Shown piece by piece: positions 1 to 13,639 of a DNA stretch of 64,000 bases. The DNA comes from Hypanus sabinus (Eukaryota). Position 1 is the first letter of the stretch, and each line of letters begins with the position of its first letter. The position numbers and the translations under genes are program-made. The DNA lies in contig NC_082722.1 of NCBI RefSeq assembly GCF_030144855.1, forward strand, positions 20,584,001 to 20,648,000. Reading direction: 5' to 3'. The notes under the pieces are model-generated. The model ran no database searches, was not told the DNA's origin, and saw nothing but the letters and a program-made list of their open reading frames with translations.

Positions 1-948
1 AACAAATATGTAGGTGGCATTTGAGCTGTGCTAGCCACACAGTCATGGGTGTAGAATGTGGGCTAAGCAAACATCCCTGATTGTCAGCGAGGTGGAGATG
101 CCATTTCCGATCATCACAATTTGTGGTCTTCAAGTTAGGAAGTTGATGATCCAGTAACAGAGGGAGGTATTGAGGCCCAGATTTTGGAGCTTTTCGATCA
201 GAAGGGCAGGAATGGTTGTATTAGGTGTTGTATTAGGTCCTGCATCCTGACGTGGGTATTAGTATTGTCCAGGTGATTCAAGGCCGCATGAAGAGCCAAT
301 GAGATCACATCCAACATAGACCTATTGTGGTGATAGGCAAATGGAAGTGGGTCCAGGACCTTGCTGAGACAGGAGTTATTTCTAGCCATAAACAACTCCT
401 CAAAGCACCTCACCACTGTAGATGTGACTGCTACAGGAGGATAGTCATTAAGGCAGATCTCCCCGCTCTTCTTGGCAACTGGTTTAATTACTGCCCTTTT
501 GAAGCAGGTGGGAACTTCCAACTGTAGCAACGATTAATTGATAATATCTTTGAACACCCCTGCCGGCTGTTGGCACAGGTTGCTGGCTGTTGGCACAGGC
601 CTTACCAGGTTCTGCCACCTTATAAGGGTTCACCCTTTTGAATGATAGCCTGACTTCAGCCTCTGAGACAGAGATCACAGGGTCACTGGGTGACACAAAG
701 ATCCTCACAGCTGTAGTTTTAACCTCCCTTTCAAAGCGAGCATAAAGGGCATTGAGCTCATCAGGGTGTGAAACATCACTGCACTGCACTGGTGTTTTGT
801 TCTGTAGGAAGTAATGGCCTGCAAACCTTCCCAGAACTGACGTGCATCCGATTCCGCCTCCAACCTCGTTTGGAATTGTCCTGTTGCTGTTCAGAGAGCC
901 TTCTGTCAGAAAGATCAGGTGCTTCAACCTGAAATGTTTACACATTCT
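1..948 (-). mobile_element. Degenerate non-LTR retrotransposon RT fragment (Rex1/Babar-like)
   Basis: ORFs 484..945 and 198..530 give 'PDELNALYARFE...VSEAEVRLSFKRVNPYKVAEP' and 'PTCFKRAVIKPVAKK...LNDYPPVAVTSTVVRCFEEL...LDPLPFAY', typical pre-RT/RT motifs; frameshifted. Confidence 0.8.
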
Positions 949-3900
949 TACTCCATAGATGTGGCTTGATCTTTTTTAATGTTGCTGTCTTTTTTTTATG
1001 CTTCAGATCACTGGCATCTATAGCTTCTTTGTATCTTCTCAAAGGTATTTAGGGTTAGAGAATAAATAATCAACATCCAGATCATTAAATGTAACTTCTT
1101 TATCAGTATCAGTATCAGTAATTCTTAACAAGTACTGCAGATGAGGGTGGCATGTAGCGAAAATAAACGTCAAGGGGTAAAATATGGGACATGGGGTGGG
1201 GAGGTGGGAAACCAGTGTCGATGTTACAGTAAGGCAAGGGTAAAAGACAATGTCCAGGCAAGAATATCCAGGGGCGGTGTGCAAACAAAAGAGAAACCTT
1301 TTTCTAGAAACATCCTTGAAGAACATAACTTTTCTCTACACAGTAGAGCGTGATGGAGATTGACAAAATAAGAATATAACAGAAGGATAACAAACACACC
1401 CAATAACTAAGACAATTTGCAAAGTATCAGTGGTTGCCATCTTGTAGCTTCTACTGACTTATAACACCTCTGTTGTGAATAGCAATTGATCTTTGCAAGT
1501 AAGGAATTCAAATATATTCAGTTTACCAGGTGGGCAATATTTGTAACTGATAAGCCAATTTTATATAAGAATAGCATTTTCTTGTCCTGTTTTCAGAACA
1601 GTGTGATGGCAGGGCCCATGCTGTTCTCCTTGTGCACAGGTAAAATAAAGTACGATTGAAGAATAAGTGTGCATGTGTTCTGAGTCCAGTTAATTGGCAG
1701 CAACACCAGAAGTAACTGAGCAGTTATGCAATAAAGGGAACTAAAGGCGATGCTTGGCCATAACTGGGTAAATGAGGACAGGACTGAATAAGAGCATCAT
1801 AAATAAAGGCAGGAGTAGGGAACTTCACCTGTTCAATGTGACCATAGCAGACCCTTCACCTTACTTCTCCCCTGTGATAACCCGCCCCCGCTTGATTCGA
1901 TAGTTCAGCCCACAGCAGTGATTTCTTCCATGTGAAAGAGTCAGAAGCGGTGAAGCATCGCAGAATCTTCCCTGACTGCTCCTTCTGACTGAGCGTCGGT
2001 CTGCAGATGATAGACAGAGGACAATCTCACTGAGGTGCAGAAAAACTGTCTCATTTTTACTATGTACTGTACATAGCAGTTGTGGTCGAAATGACAATAA
2101 AAGTTGACTTGACAAAGAGGGAGCAGAAGGCCGGCTCGAAGTGGGAGACAATTTGTGGGTCCTAGTCTGGCACAATGTCCTGAGGGAAACCGTGAAGGTG
2201 AACGACATGCTGGAGAACCAGGTCCACCATCTCAGCAGCTGACAGAAATTTGGAGAAGGCAATAAAGTGGACTGCCTTAGGGAACCAGTCCACCACTTCC
2301 ATGATCACTGTGGTCCCATCCGACGGTGGCAATCTTGTGATGAATCCATGGTGATGTGGGACATGGGTATCGAGGGATTGGTAGAGCCTGCAGAGCCACT
2401 GCTTGGAGGAATTGGACTAAACACATTGACAACAGGCAGAGGCAAACTGAGATACTTTTGCGATCATGGTCAGGCAGCAGAACTGGCATTGCAGTAAGTT
2501 CAGAGACAGTCATGTGCCTGGATGGCCAAAGATGGGTGAGTACATCTGCCGACCTGTATAGGCGGTTGTCAGGTGTATTGGCCAGAGCTGCAGGACCTGG
2601 CAGTTCTCAAGATCTCAGACAATTCTGGCAAGTATGGAATGAGGGGCTGAGGGATGATCTGTTTCAGCTGGGTCAAATTGTCATGACAGGGTATCCACCT
2701 TAGCATTCTTAGAGCCCAGTCAGTAGGAGCTGGGGCATTGAATTTCTCAAAGAAGAGGGCCCACCAAGCCCGATGTTGATTGAGTTGCTAGGTCTGTTGT
2801 ATGGATTTGAGGTTCTGGTGGCCAGTCTAGATCAGGAAGAGGTTGGTGTTTCCCATCAGTCAATGTCTCCATTCTTCCAAGACCCATTTTATGGTGAGTA
2901 GCCTCCTGTCTCCTACTCCATAGTGGTGCTGTGTAGGTTTGAACTTGCAAAAGAAGAAGGCACAAATGTGTCCCTTACCGTTGGGTCCTTTCTGGGAGAG
3001 GATGATTCCGGCGCTCACACCTGGTGAGTCCAGCTCTACCACGAAAGGTCCAGAGGGGTTGAGATGGCAGAGATTGGGAACAGATGTGCAGAATCTCTTG
3101 AGGTCCTTCAAAGGCTTGTCCATGGCAGTAGAACAGGTCGTCTGTCAGGTAGGTGATTTGGTGAGGGAGGTGTGAGGAATACTGTAGGTTCTGATGAAAT
3201 GGCAGTAGAAGTTGAAGAAGCTCAGGAAGTACTGTAGCTGTTTGAGGGAGTGCGGCCGGGTCCATTTAACAATGGCGCACATTTTCTCTTTGCCTTCGGG
3301 TGAAAGGTCGTAACCTAGGAAGAAAATGACTTGGGTGTGGAACTGGAAATCCCAGAACTGGGATTTGCAGTAGAGTAGGTTTTTGAGCAGATGCTGAAGG
3401 ACTGAACGGAAGAGACAGACTTGGTCTTGGGGGTCCCTGGAGAGGATGAGAATGTTGTCAAGGTAGGTGAACACAGCCTTCTGTAGCATGTCTCGGAAGA
3501 TTTCATTAATGAAGGCTTGGAAAACAGCTGGACCATTCAAAAGCCTGAACAGCATCACCAAGTATTCATAGTGTTATGAACATGCTGCTCCACTTATTCC
3601 CCCACTGGATGGTGATTAAGTTGTAGGTATTTCGTAGATCCAGTTTGTTGAAAATCTGGGCCTCTGTTGTATTTCAAATACATCAAGGGGAGTGGGTAGC
3701 TGTTCTTAACGGTGATTTCGTTGAGACAACGGTACTCAATTTTGGGATAGAACGCCCGATTTTTTTTTTTTTTTGATGGAGAAAAATCCTGCACCACTGG
3801 AGACTGGGATGGCTGAGTGAAGCCATTCTGTAGCACTTCAGGGATGGCTTGAGTCCCAGAGGGGAGAGAGGGAACAGATGACCTCGGGGAGGGGTAGTTC

Positions 3901-4526
3901 CTAGGAGGACGTCAATCATGCAGTCATGTGGTCTGGGGTGACAGGGTACTGGCTTCCCCTTTACTGAAAGTGATGGCTTGGTTGTGTTATTCCTATGGGA
4001 GTTCGGTGAGATCAAGGGTTTCTTCCATCTCCTTGGACTTACGGGGTGAAGTCAGCTGAAGTTGTCTGGCACATGGATTCCCAACTCAGTAGTGAACCAG
4101 ATGACCAGGCAAAATGGGGTTATGATTGGAGAGTTGGGGTAACCCAACATGAGAGGAGTGGTGGGTGAGTCGAGAAGGAGGAATTGGATAGACTTGCAGT
4201 ACTCTATAGTGCACAGGCCGTGTGTCCTCTCTGACCACCCCAGACCTCAAGGGACATTCATCAATGGCCATGACACATAAAGGGAGAAAGATAGGCTTGG
4301 TAGGGAGACCGGTCCAGAAAGTTGTCTTCTGCGCCGGAATCCATCAGAGCCTCCGGTGTGTGTAGAGCTGCTGGGGCATGGGCAAGGACAGACAGACTGA
4401 GTCAGGCTGTGGTGCTGGGGAAAGATTACCAGATAGAAGGCCGATCACCTCTAACTGCTGGTGCTGTTTCCCACGCACCGAGGGCATCTGATGTATGGGC
4501 GATCAGCTGCTGATCAGTTAGTGCAC

Positions 4527-4690
4527 NNNNNNNNNNNNNNNNNNNNNNNNNNNNNNNNNNNNNNNNNNNNNNNNNNNNNNNNNNNNNNNNNNNNNNNNNN
4601 NNNNNNNNNNNNNNNNNNNNNNNNNNNNNNNNNNNNNNNNNNNNNNNNNNNNNNNNNNNNNNNNNNNNNNNNNNNNNNNNNNNNNNNNNN
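4527..4690. other. Assembly gap (164 N)
   Basis: Run of n characters inside the Gypsy element. Confidence 0.99.
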
Positions 4691-5339
4691 GCTCTCTCTA
4701 ACTCCATGGGGTTCTTGTCAATATGGAAGAGCAGAGTGATGAGGCTTTCAAAGCCAGTGGGCAGCGCTAAGGTAGAAAGCTAGTCTTTCAAGCTGTCCAG
4801 ATGTAGTGATAAAAATGGCCCAACCGCGTTTGTACTTTCTGGCTGCTCTCCACCACGACGTTCCTGAATTTCACAGTGTAATCCAGCAGCAAGAGTAAGC
4901 TTTGATGTAGGCAAGTAAACAATCTGCTCCCCCCCTTCCACTTTCCAGATGGCTAAAAATCCAGTATATTCCCGCAGTGAATTCCTCATATTTATTGTAA
5001 CTGGTGGTTTTATTGTCCCAGTTAGCAGAAGCCCAGGTCAGAGCTCGTCTCGTCAAGAGGGGGATGATGAAGGCAATCTTGGATTGGTCCATAGAATGCG
5101 CAGATGGGCAGAGCTCGAAGTGGAAGATACACTGGGTCAGCGTGCTGCAGCAAAAGCTTGGGAATCTGTCACTGGAATCCATGGCTCCGGAGGAGGAGGC
5201 TGACCGGCACAGAGTTGGTTATGAGTTGCAGACAGATGGACAGTGAGTTTTCTCTGTTTTTGGATTGCGTCCTCATGTTAACGGACAACTTCCTTTAGGC
5301 GAGAAAACTCTGCTGGGTCTGTCATTGGTTCGTCCAAGC

Positions 5340-5655
5340 TGTCAGGAAATGCAGAGGAGGCTTGATCCAAATGCAGTGCAGTGGAGATGACTTAGCAGTG
5401 AGCAATCCCTTCAGTAATAAACTGTAAAATAGTAAGTCACGAAGGTTACTTAACAAAAGAGAATGGGCATTTAACACAAACAAAGCAACAAGGTAACTGA
5501 AGACTTGGAGCAACTGGTGGAAACTGGCTGGTTCGACAAGTGAATAAGGGCTGTGGCTGAGAGCTGAGTTTAAATAGGCTGCAGGTGATGAGTTGGAATT
5601 GAATGGCTGGTATCTCCTGTTGGCTGCGTGGAGGCTGGAAGGTGCCTGCCTGACA
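5340..5655 (-). repeat. 5' LTR of the minus-strand Gypsy
   Basis: Minus strand begins TGTCAG (5655) and ends ...CCTGACA (5340), followed 14 nt later by a gag-like ATG ACA GAC CCA GCA GAG at 5325. No matching 3' LTR was found. Confidence 0.65.
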
Positions 5656-6127
5656 CCAGGGACAAGTTAGGATGAGGGCAGCACTTCCAGATTACTTCAG
5701 TTTGGCAGAGAGTAGAACAACAAGGAACACACTTTAATAGTCAAGCCTTAATCTAATCACAGGCAAGGATGAGGGTTTTAGTAGCTGAAATACTGAGATA
5801 AGGCTAGAGTTAATACCAGCCTTGGCAGAGAACCACATGAATGTTTCTTCTTGAGAAAGATAAAGCATTGAGAACATTTCCATTCTCCTGCCACATCTTT
5901 CTTCCCAGTGTTGGACAACTCAATAGCTGATGGGAGGAGAATACTTCTTAAACATAATCAACTTTAATAGTGGCAGAACACAAAAAGCGAGTCCAAAATG
6001 ATTTTCAGTCTTCTTCATTTAATTAGATGATATATGGTTGTCCTCTACCTGATGATTGTGCTATCACAAAAGCTAGTCTTCACCCAGTTTGCATGAAATA
6101 AATAGTTGGATTCAGTGGATATAGCAA

Positions 6128-7395
6128 AGTCTTGACTGTGGTGCTGTAGACCATTGGCCTCGAGTTACGTCCACCTCGAGTAAAACAAAAACTTGACGTG
6201 GTGCTGCAGACCATTGCCCCAGAGGAATTACGAGGAAATTTGCAGATGCTGCAAATTCAAACAACACACACAAATGCTGGTGGAACGCAGCAGGCCAGGC
6301 AGCATTTACATGGAGAAGCAATGTTGACATTTCGGGCCGAGACCCTTCGTCAGGACTAACTGAAAGGAAAGATACTAAGAGATTTGAAAGTAGGAGGGGG
6401 AGGGGGAAATGTGAAATGATAGGAGAAGACGGGAGGGGGTGGGGTGAAGCTAAGAGCTGGAAAGGTGTTTGGCAAAAGGGATACAGAGCTGGAGAAGGGA
6501 AAGGATCATGGGACTGGAGGCCTAGGGAGAAAGAAAGGGGGGGGGAGCGCCAGAGGGAGATGGAGAACAGGCAGAGTAATGGTTAGAGAGAGAGGAAAAA
6601 AAAACAAAAAATCAACTAAATATGTCAGGGATGGGGTAAGAAGGGGAGGAGGGGCATTAACGGAAGTTAGAAAAGTTAATATTCATGCTATCAGTTTGGA
6701 GGCTATCCAGCCGGTATATAAAGTGTTGTTGCTCCAACCTGAGTGTGGCTTGACAGTAGAGGAGGCCATGGATAGACATATCAGAATGGGAATGGGACGT
6801 GGAATTCAAATGTATAGCCACTGGGAGATCCTGCTTTCTCTCTCTCTCTAAATATTGAATATTCAAATTTAAATATTGAATTTAATGACTGTTAATGACC
6901 CTTCTCCCCTTCTTACCCTATCCCTGACATACTTAGTTGTTTGTATTTTTGTATTTTTCTCTCTCTCTCTCTGCCCATCACCCTCCCTGTTCTCCATCTC
7001 CCTCTGGTGTTCCCCTCCTCCTTTCTTTCTCCCTAGGCCTCCCGTCCCATGATCCTTTCTCTTTTCCAGCTCTGTATCACTTTTGCCAATCAACTTTCCA
7101 GCTCTCAGCTTCACCCCACCCCCTCCGGTCTTCTCCTATCATTTTGCATTTCCACCTCCCCCTCCTACTTTCAAATCTCTTAATATATTTCTTTTCAGTT
7201 AGTCCTGACGAAGTGTCTCGGCCCGAAACTTCGACAGTGCTTCTCCCTATTGGTGCTACCTGGCCTGTTGCGTTCCAGCAGCATTTTGTTTTGTGTGTGT
7301 TGTCCCAGAGGAATGTTCACCTCTAGTAATTTCAAAGACTTGACTGTAGTGCTGTTGACCATTGCCCCAGAGGTATGTTCACCTATAGAAAAACA
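6128..7395 (+). repeat. About 60-bp degenerate tandem repeat (3 units) split by the Penelope insertion
   Basis: Unit '(g/a)cttgac(t)gtggtgctg(t/c)agaccattgccccagagg...cacct' at about 6130, 6191 (interrupted) and 7337. Confidence 0.7.
6227..7312. mobile_element. Penelope-like element remnant arranged as an inverted pair of terminal repeats
   Basis: About 6257-6660 is the reverse complement of about 6890-7300 ('cacacacaaatgctggtggaacgcagcaggccaggcagc...tttcgggccgagacccttcgtcaggact'). The spacer encodes a GIY-YIG C-terminus (6657..6866 'QDLPVAIHLNSTSHSHSDMSIHGLLYCQATLRLEQQHFIYRLDSLQ'). Flanked by the direct repeat CCCAGAGGAAT. Confidence 0.8.
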
Positions 7396-7399
7396 GTTG

Positions 7400-10300
7400 T
7401 AACACAGTGGACATCTGTTTGGGCATGCCTTGTCCAAATTATCTAGGCGAATCCAATCTAGTCAAATATTGCTCAATCAGACTACTCGTATCAGAAAATT
7501 GAGGAAGGTTTTGCTGATATGGACCAATAGTGTGGCACTTTCTCATCAATAAATTGCTCAACCGTGCACAGTTTGGATTTTGATAAGACCAGTAATTTCC
7601 AGAATTCATTGAAGCTTTAACCCAGATATGGACATAATTAACAGCAGCCAGATTGTCTCAGCCAAGGAACCAAAAGAGCAATCAGGGGGTTAGGTTCTAT
7701 TTGGCAATTCAGAATATGGGATAAGATTTGAAAAACATCTCTTCAAAACTTCACTAGATTAGGACAGGTCCAGTACATATGAATAATATAAGTCTCGCCA
7801 CTTTTGCACTTGTCACAAACAGGATTTACGTTAGAGTAAAATCGGGACAGTTTAGATTTGGACATGTGAGTCCTACATACACTCTTAAACTGTAAAAGAC
7901 AGTGGCGAGCACAAAGAGAATTTGAGTTAACTGACTTGAGAATTGAGTGCCAGACCACATCAGATAAGGAAGTCCTTAAATCATGCTCCCAGGCCATTCT
8001 AATTGTATCAAAGGGTGGAGGCACTAATTTTTCACGAATAAAATATATTAAGCCCTTACCCAGTGGATTAATAGAAAGAAACAAGTCCACGGTGTTTATC
8101 CTCAGGCATCTCAGGAAAGTTGGGTAATAAAGGGTTAATGAAGTGTCTGATTTGGAAATACCTAAAGAAGTGGGCATTAGGTTGATTAAACTTAGCAGAG
8201 AGATGTTGAAAAGATGCAAAACGATTATCAATGAAAAGGTGTTCGAAATGCCTTACGCCATTTCTGTACCGATCATAAAATGTTGAACCGAGCATAGAAG
8301 GTAAAAAAAAACATGATTACGTAAAATAGGACTAGAAAGGGAAAAACCATGCAGACCATTAAATTTACTAAACTGGACTCATATTCGCAGAGTATGTCTG
8401 ACAAGAGGGTTTACAATTAGTCTGGGCAAACTACAAGAGAGTGCAGATCCAAGAAGTGCTGAAATAGAGATATCTTTAGAAGAGTTCAGCTGCATTGCTA
8501 CCGATTTAGGGCAGTCAGACTGCCTATGAAAATAGGACCAGAAGATAAGACAACGAATATTAGCTGCCCAATAGTATAGACGAAAATTAGGTAAAGCCAT
8601 GCCACCTTCTTTTTAGAATTTTTAAGATAAGCTTTATTAAGTCTAGAACGCTTACCCTTGCATAGTAGGATAAAATAATAGAATCTAAGGAATCAAAGAA
8701 GGTTTTAGGAATAAAAATTGGAATACATTGAAATAAATATAAAAATTTAGGAAGGATATACATTTTAATAACATTAACACGGCCTACCAAAGACATAGAT
8801 AAAGGTGACCATTGTGACAATCTCTGTTTAGTAGAGTTCAAAAGATTGGCAACATTTTCACGAAAAAGATCCTTAAAATTCTTTGTAACTGTAATACCAA
8901 GATAAATAAATTGCTTACTGACTACTTTAAAGGGGAGGTCGTGAAATGCTAATGCTTGTGCTTCTTTATTAATTGGAAAAAGTTCACTCTGATGTAGGTT
9001 AAGTTTATAGCCAAAAATCCTGTCTAAATTGATCAATAAGTGAAAACATTGGGGGTAAGGACGGGGATGGATTTGAAGATAAAAGTAATAACTCGTCAGT
9101 GTAAACAGAAACTTGATGCTCAGCAAACCCCCTCCCCCCACCCCTCCAGATCCCCCTCAGTTCAGGACAGCTTCAGAATGCAATCGCCAGTGGTACTACA
9201 GCCAAATCAAAAAGGAAGGGGCTTAAGGGGCTTCCTTGACTGATGTCGCGTTTAAGGTTAAACGAATGGGATTGCTGAGAGTTAGTCAGAACAGAGGCGA
9301 TAGGAAAAAATGCAACAATTTAATCCAAGAGCTAAAATTTTGACCGAGGTTAAATTTGTCTAAAACCGCAAAATGTTAATTCCACTCTATACGAACGAAC
9401 ACTTTCTCCGCTTCAAGAGAAATAATGCATTCAGGAGTCCCAATTGAAGGTGAGTATACGATATTGAATAAAAGCCGTATATTAAAAAAGGGAAGACAAT
9501 TTTTAATAAAGCCTTTTTGATTATCAGAAATAATAGAGGGTATAACATTTTCCAATCTATGGTCCAGGACTTTGGCCAAAATTTTGACATCAACATTTAG
9601 GAAATAAATCGGCCTGTAAGAGGAGCACTCTGTTGGGTCTTTGCCTTTTTTTGGGTAGAAGAATAATACATGCCTCATAAAATGAAGGTGCAATTTGGCA
9701 TGATTAAACGGATCAGATAATACTGAGAGTAACCGAGATGAAAGAAGTGAGGAGAATGATTTATAAAATTCTACAGGAAACCCATCAGGTCCGGGAGATT
9801 TACCCGACGACAGTGCAGAAATAGGAAAATATACTTCTTCTAATGATATAGGCTCATTAAGTTTTGCTTTCAAATCAGATGGAAACGAAGGGATACTCAA
9901 GCTATTTCAAAAAAATTCAACAGAAATATTATCATTTAGGGATTCAGAGGAATAAAGCCGAGAAATAAAAACATCTTAAATAATTCATTAATTTCAGAAT
10001 ATTTCGATGTAATATCCCCATTCTCATTCTGAATCTTTGTAATATGTTGCTGAAATTTAGAATGTCTCAACTAATTATATAGAAACTTGCCAGATTTGTC
10101 ACCATGAATAAAAAAGTGACTCTTACTTTCAAGAAATTGACGTTCGACTGGTTGAGCAGAGAGAAGGTCAAATTTAGTTTGGAGTTTTACACGCTTCTTG
10201 TACAATTCGGGGTTTTTAGTCTGGGCGTATAGTTGATCTAATGCTTTAATCTGATTAATCAAACCTAATCGCTCTAAACAGGACTCTCTATTATGATTCG

Positions 10301-12925
10301 TTGTATATTAAATTATTTGACTCCTTAAGTATGCTTTCATAGCATCCCAGACAATCTGAGATGAAATTTCAGATGATGTATTGGTGTTTAGGAAAAAAGT
10401 TATCTGATCCTTAATAAATTTTACAAAGTCATCATCCCATAACAAAGTAGATTTAAACCGCCAATGTTTATTCCTCTGAGGGAGACCAGGAAGATTTAAA
10501 GACAAAGTGACTGGAGCATGATCGGAAATCAATTTACCCTGATAATCACAAGTGAACAAATTAAATAAGTTGATTATCGATTAAAAGTAATCAATTCTAG
10601 TAAAAGTATGGTGAACATGTGAAAAAAAAAGAATAGTCTCTCTCAGTAGGATGAAGAAAACGCCATATATCGGAGACACCATAGTTCGAAAGAAATGAAT
10701 TAATAGCTAAAACAGATTTAGTAGGTATTCTAGGAACCGAGGACGATCGATTCAAAGCAGAATCTAACCAGCAATTCAAGTCACCACCCAGTATAAGTGA
10801 GTATAAATACAGATTTGGTAACGAAGATAAAAAACATTCAAAAAAGTTAACATCATCTCGGAATTAGGAGAATTCAAGTTAGCTAGTACCACCTTAGTGT
10901 TATATAATTTGCCAGAAACTATAATAAATCGGCCATTTGTATCAGCTATCTTACTACGGAGTTCAAAAGGAACATTTGAATTAATAAGAATAGAAACCCC
11001 CCTACCTTTGGCCGGAAAGGACGAATGAAAATGCTGACCCACCTTGACATAAGACAGAAATTGCGAAACTATGAATATGAGTTTCTTGGAGGAAGGCAAT
11101 GTCTGCTTTAAGTTGCTTAATATGGGAGAAGAACTTTCTACTTTTAACAGGATGATACAATCCCTTTACATTCCAGCTCACAAATTTCAATGGACTAGCC
11201 ATTATCAATTGTAAAAACATAAAATGTAGTGGACATATATAAGGTCAGACATTGAAATAACAGTTTAGAAGCAAAAATAAAAACATAAATCAGTAAGTTC
11301 ATGACACAGACAAGTCCTGAATAACAAGAAAAATCAATAAAAAACATTAGATAGTGTTGGTATTGCAGAACCCACCCCACCGTCGCAACCCAAACTAGAT
11401 GGCTACCGAAAAAAGCAGCTAGCTCTAGAAGAAAAATAGACACCCCAAAGACTAGCTAACTTACGCACTACAAATCAGTATTGAAAACAAAAACAATATC
11501 ATTGGAGAAAATATAGGAGAATATATTAAAACGGGGTAAATTTAAGAGAAAAAAGAACAAAGGGAAAAAAGAGAAGGGAAATTTTATATATAAAGAAAGT
11601 ACATAGCAGCCGTTTGAAAAAAAAACAAGTTAGATACAATAAATTGGCAAGGTAACCTCCTGAATAAACTGAGACAAGTTATGGATTCAGCAGATAACGT
11701 TATTCAAAAGTAAACAAAGTTACACAGATTAAATCTGAGTTCACAGGAAAGCTGTTTTAATTGACTAATTAAGAAAATCACACCGTCCGAAAAGAAACCG
11801 ACTGAAACAATTTATGGTTCTACGTAACTAAAGATATTCAAAAGATATTTAAAGATACTGAAATAAGTTCTGAGTCCGCAAAAATGCTTTTATATAGAAA
11901 GTACTTATCGGTCATTTTAGAAAGTCAAACCAGGTCCGAAGAAATCGAAATTGCTGGGAGATCTTCAATAAAATTCTCGGCCTCCTTGACCGACTTAAAC
12001 CATTTATCGTCCACAGTAGTAAGAGTAATTCGAAGATCGGCAGAATCACGGAGGGAAGGTTTGAATCCACGATTAAAGAGCTCTTTCATAACGCCTTTGA
12101 ACTCAGCACGCATCTTCAAAACCTGGGGGGCAAAGTCTTGAAAGATACGAATGGTATTGCCTCGGTAAGTCGGGGTACCTCTCCGGCGTGCCTTCATGAT
12201 CAGAAGACTTTTCACCGGATAGCGATGAAAACGCAGGATAATTGGGCGTGCTCTAGAATCCAAAACAGCTCGAGGAATAAATATTCTATGGGCTCTTTCT
12301 AACTCAGGTAGAGTCGGATGAATTTCTTTCCCGAAGATCATAGGAAATTTCTTTCCCGAACATAGGAAAGAAGAGAAAAATTCGACGGGCCAGCCCGTTT
12401 CAGTGGCTTCTGTCAAACCGAGAATTCGTGAATTATTACGTCTGCTCCGATTTTCGAGATCCACCATTTTGTAAGTAAGTTTGCTGTTTTGCTCCGTTAA
12501 GTTCGACCACAAAGTTTCCAGCAGCTGAACGCGGCGCTTTAAATCTTCGGAAGTTAGGTGGATGTGAGATAATTGTTCGGCTTGGTCATCCACTCTGGCG
12601 TTAATCTGATCCACTTTTGACTCCAGATGACTAATAGATGCCCTAAATTCAGTCTTGATATCAATTAAAATGTCCTGCCGATTCGGTTCCAGAATAGAGA
12701 GAATCTCGGCAGACAGAGACGTAGAAGCTTCTTTTTTTTTCCCCCAGATTTAGGAACTTTAGTAGTCATTGTGAAATAGACGTATGCGCAGGCAGATAAG
12801 ATAGACAAATAAATTAACAAACTGAAATAAAAAAGGGAGGTACAAAGTGCAAAGGTAAGAAATGTAACGGAGTAAAAGTTTGAAGCGGCTATACAATCGC
12901 CATCTTACCAGAATTTCCCAAAGCT
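7400..12925 (-). mobile_element. Near full-length, decayed L1-clade LINE
   Basis: 5' end 'gggaaattctggtaagatggcg' near 12920. ORF1 about 12769 to 11925 ('KMVDLENRSRRNNSRILGLTE...ELERAHR...RPIILRFHRY'). ORF2 APE starts near 11200 ('LKFVSWNVKGLYHPVKSRK...IAFLQETH'), then RT ('GKSPGPDGFPVEFYK', 'YRPIYFLNVDVKILAKVL') and a C-terminal 'CDKCK...HMYWTCP' motif; frameshifted throughout. Confidence 0.92.
11925..12769 (-). pseudogene. L1 ORF1 (RNA-binding, transposase_22-like)
   Basis: ORF 11925..12614 shows a coiled coil and L1 ORF1 motifs; upstream ATG at 12769, probably separated by a frameshift in a homopolymer. Confidence 0.8.
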
Positions 12926-13211
12926 TTACAGTAAAGCTTTAGAAAAAATATACCGTGTTTGCATGGAATTACGAATCAACTTCATTGTTCCTCGGAATAC
13001 TTACAATCATCTTTGAAAATGTCAGATAACAATTCAAGTGAAAGGAAATTACTCGACAAATCCGGTGGGCCAAGCAATGCCGGCAAAGGCATAAGTGTGT
13101 TTAATATTTTGAGCTGGAGACTCGGAATTTAGCTTGTGGATGGAAGTTGCGCAGTATATAAATGTGTAAAGCAGGTGTGCGACCCGTGATAGATGGAACT
13201 AAGCTCGTGGG

Positions 13212-13639
13212 TGTCACGACCACGGTTTCAGTAGCACAGTAGATACGGCAATTGCGCTTGTGAATATACAGGTTTCAGCTAATTATTATCTAATCGTGAT
13301 TGTATTTTACTCCATACTTACCGTCGTATTGCTTGTCGAGACATAGGCAAAGCAGAGCAATGCTTCGCTGTCTGTTTGCATTCGGTCTTCCCTGAGAAAT
13401 TGGACTTTCGAGTCAACTGTTTCTGAAGACTAGCGGTCTTCGTTTAATATTCTGATGCTCTTCTCATCCGCAGTGGAGGCTTCGTTTCCCGTTTGAGAGT
13501 TTTAGTTAACGGCCCGGCTTAGCCTAGCGTTTATTGTTTTATTTTCCCTTTAACACTGTTCGCGTTAAAATATTGTGAACTATCGACCCACCTCCATGTC
13601 TCTCACCACGTAATTGAGCCATATCCGAACCTGGTGACA
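13212..13639. mobile_element. Solo LTR
   Basis: Begins TGTCAC and ends GTGACA (6-bp inverted termini); flanks GTGGG/GTGGA resemble a target-site duplication; no internal coding region. Confidence 0.75.

Larger units (their letters stand above)
2113..5655 (-). mobile_element. Decayed Gypsy (Ty3/Sushi-type) LTR retrotransposon, 3'-truncated
   Basis: gag-like 4871..5182 ('CIFHFELCPSAHSMDQSKIAF...ALTWASANW'); RT 3145..3836 ('NGPAVFQAFINEIFRDML...YLDNILI'); RNase H 2860..3123 ('FVVELDSPGVSAGIILSQ...YGVGDRRLLTIKWVLEEWRH'); integrase remnants near 2.1-2.7 kb; many stops and frameshifts. Confidence 0.88.

Noticed and set aside
6128-7395. Direct repeats with intervening sequence, superficially CRISPR-like
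   Set aside because: Eukaryotic context, degenerate contiguous tandem units, no unique spacers and no cas genes.
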